Below are positions 63,901 to 64,000 of a DNA stretch of 64,000 nt, in pieces. Source of the stretch: Pelagomonas calceolata (taxonomy: Eukaryota). The notes under the pieces were generated by a model that saw only the letters and a program-made list of their open reading frames with translations, did not search any database and was not told where the DNA came from. The position numbers were made by a program, and so were the translations under genes. Location: assembly GCA_918797485.1 (NCBI GenBank), contig CAKKNE010000006.1, positions 1,302,001-1,366,000 of the forward strand. Reading direction: 5' to 3'. How positions within the stretch are numbered: the first letter of the stretch is position 1; every line of letters starts with the position of its first letter.

Positions 63901-64000
63901 AGGGACTTGTGCTGGATGTAGAATTGATCGATCTCGCCGGACCGCATGCGCTTGTCGTTCCGCGACAGGATCCACGCCGCCAGCGCCGTGCAGATGGTCT
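60966..64000 (-). CDS. USP53/54-like domain protein, most divergent paralogue, with MIU-like motif and NURR/hnRNP-Q-like repeats; 5' end beyond the window
   Basis: PEGLVDVQRRSNCAL, CRRC/CDKC, FQNAHYTAF, WTHHD and MLPYLLVYD. Also ELDERCVRKLRALP...IANASGFV. The frame stays open upstream of ATG 63947 to the window edge. Confidence 0.78.
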   Translation of the reverse strand, partial: TICTALAAWILSRNDKRMRSGEIDQFYIQHKSLPRKKGVSWLNDDLLEKYGLRRHIPKGDKSFFYIEAIPKSVTPKPLNSPWSLVAAGAKTEPPLGSDPVYDPTSARRPIGAIGAPRIDHEAERREAFLAEQRRLQAQAQAERELLLQREREEAERRRVAQAQSEEASLALARRLMAEDAAALGQRAEPEFQSVSSQPKQRSARQEEASASSSAFDPVPSVHVARRRTDAFVSSHGVDASACAALRALPPLEQVRLVRRLEKGRSADGFQNWSALVLSATKKRDNFAALAKELKTLEPALCRVADRYALTSQTVHALSQLAKHDQTKIGHRLDEPGYVDNVANVEGFVARCFRQRDVVRALLREDRHGRCLEPELTVAIRALAVELDERCVRKLRALPSNKQRHAAACLEVIDFAGIANASGFVSAAVDKGTLFERAPEPPEKPVVAPPPPPKPAQQPKAWAAPAPAPEPPIIQKAPGPAWGAVGRAPGADRAPPPEPPPARAPPAMAPPPARAAPGPPAPVGPPGAGRPAPVGAPGAPPAPARAPGAAWGAVGPPPPPRRPEPDPRIAPPAWGAPEPPPAWGSNGPPPPPPQQSKAPGFDRAIGGGNAFASAWEPGRLVQTPRSPPRDLAPPGLPRSPISPPLQPRASPMSSPLGAPPPGLHGDDYIPPNLVDVPRPSDAIPEGLVDVQRRSNCALDAIVAVLCRCPTFVRAAGRPSQGDSRALRALDASLQAAERGANSDAAVDALREALASSGDDTVIRAELKTRGAHLDVAEVLGEVVNVARPSAQQALRTRGRVSQQACRRCGHFNDDFVDDVELNELARSAPAAALVHAAETNGSLERVYLEAHAHAPKTCDKCRAPQACDVDVLLEQSARALVLSVGWPSSNVSSDDVLALLAFVGRSGARDCGRAGAIWPDRVFAAAGNNARPLDLLAVVVFQNAHYTAFVRSPDGADAWTHHDRQARIHVGAWTDVVRRCATATSPMLPYLLVYDELVAADPTAIFDSLRI

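Noticed and set aside
1..64000. tRNA, rRNA or autonomous transposase genes
   Set aside because: None recognised by eye; a covariance-model or HMM scan would be needed to exclude them.

Overview
This is a gene-dense, GC-rich eukaryotic nuclear window, most likely from a pelagophyte alga (Pelagomonas/Aureococcus-like). That assignment is inferred from introner-type introns with 8-bp target duplications, bipartite plastid-targeting peptides and compact genes. Housekeeping genes include RNA polymerase I largest subunit, a Nup205-like nucleoporin, msrA, a dual-specificity phosphatase, a DnaJ protein, a kelch protein, DUF3431, a GT34 glycosyltransferase, an Fn3 protein and an inactive ClpP-like subunit. 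Five things stand out. (1) A ~17-kb tandem array of USP53/54-like deubiquitinase-domain genes with swapped RNA-binding modules (RRM+CCCH versus hnRNP-Q/NURR-like repeats) and MIU-like motifs. (2) A ~25-bp intergenic motif, GCTAGCGGCCTGTAAGACACTAGCA, with palindromic ends, found at 7-8 loci 60-215 bp upstream of start codons and mostly co-oriented with the gene. (3) A bacterial-type MurL peptidoglycan-epimerase homologue that carries a spliceosomal introner. (4) Four introner elements of one family, inserted in both orientations. (5) A ~4,200-aa secreted protein fusing two subtilases, Cys-rich/(Tyr-Ser)n repeats and a polycystin-like REJ-GAIN/GPS module, split here by a 1-nt deletion. All family assignments come from motif recognition by eye; no database searches were run.
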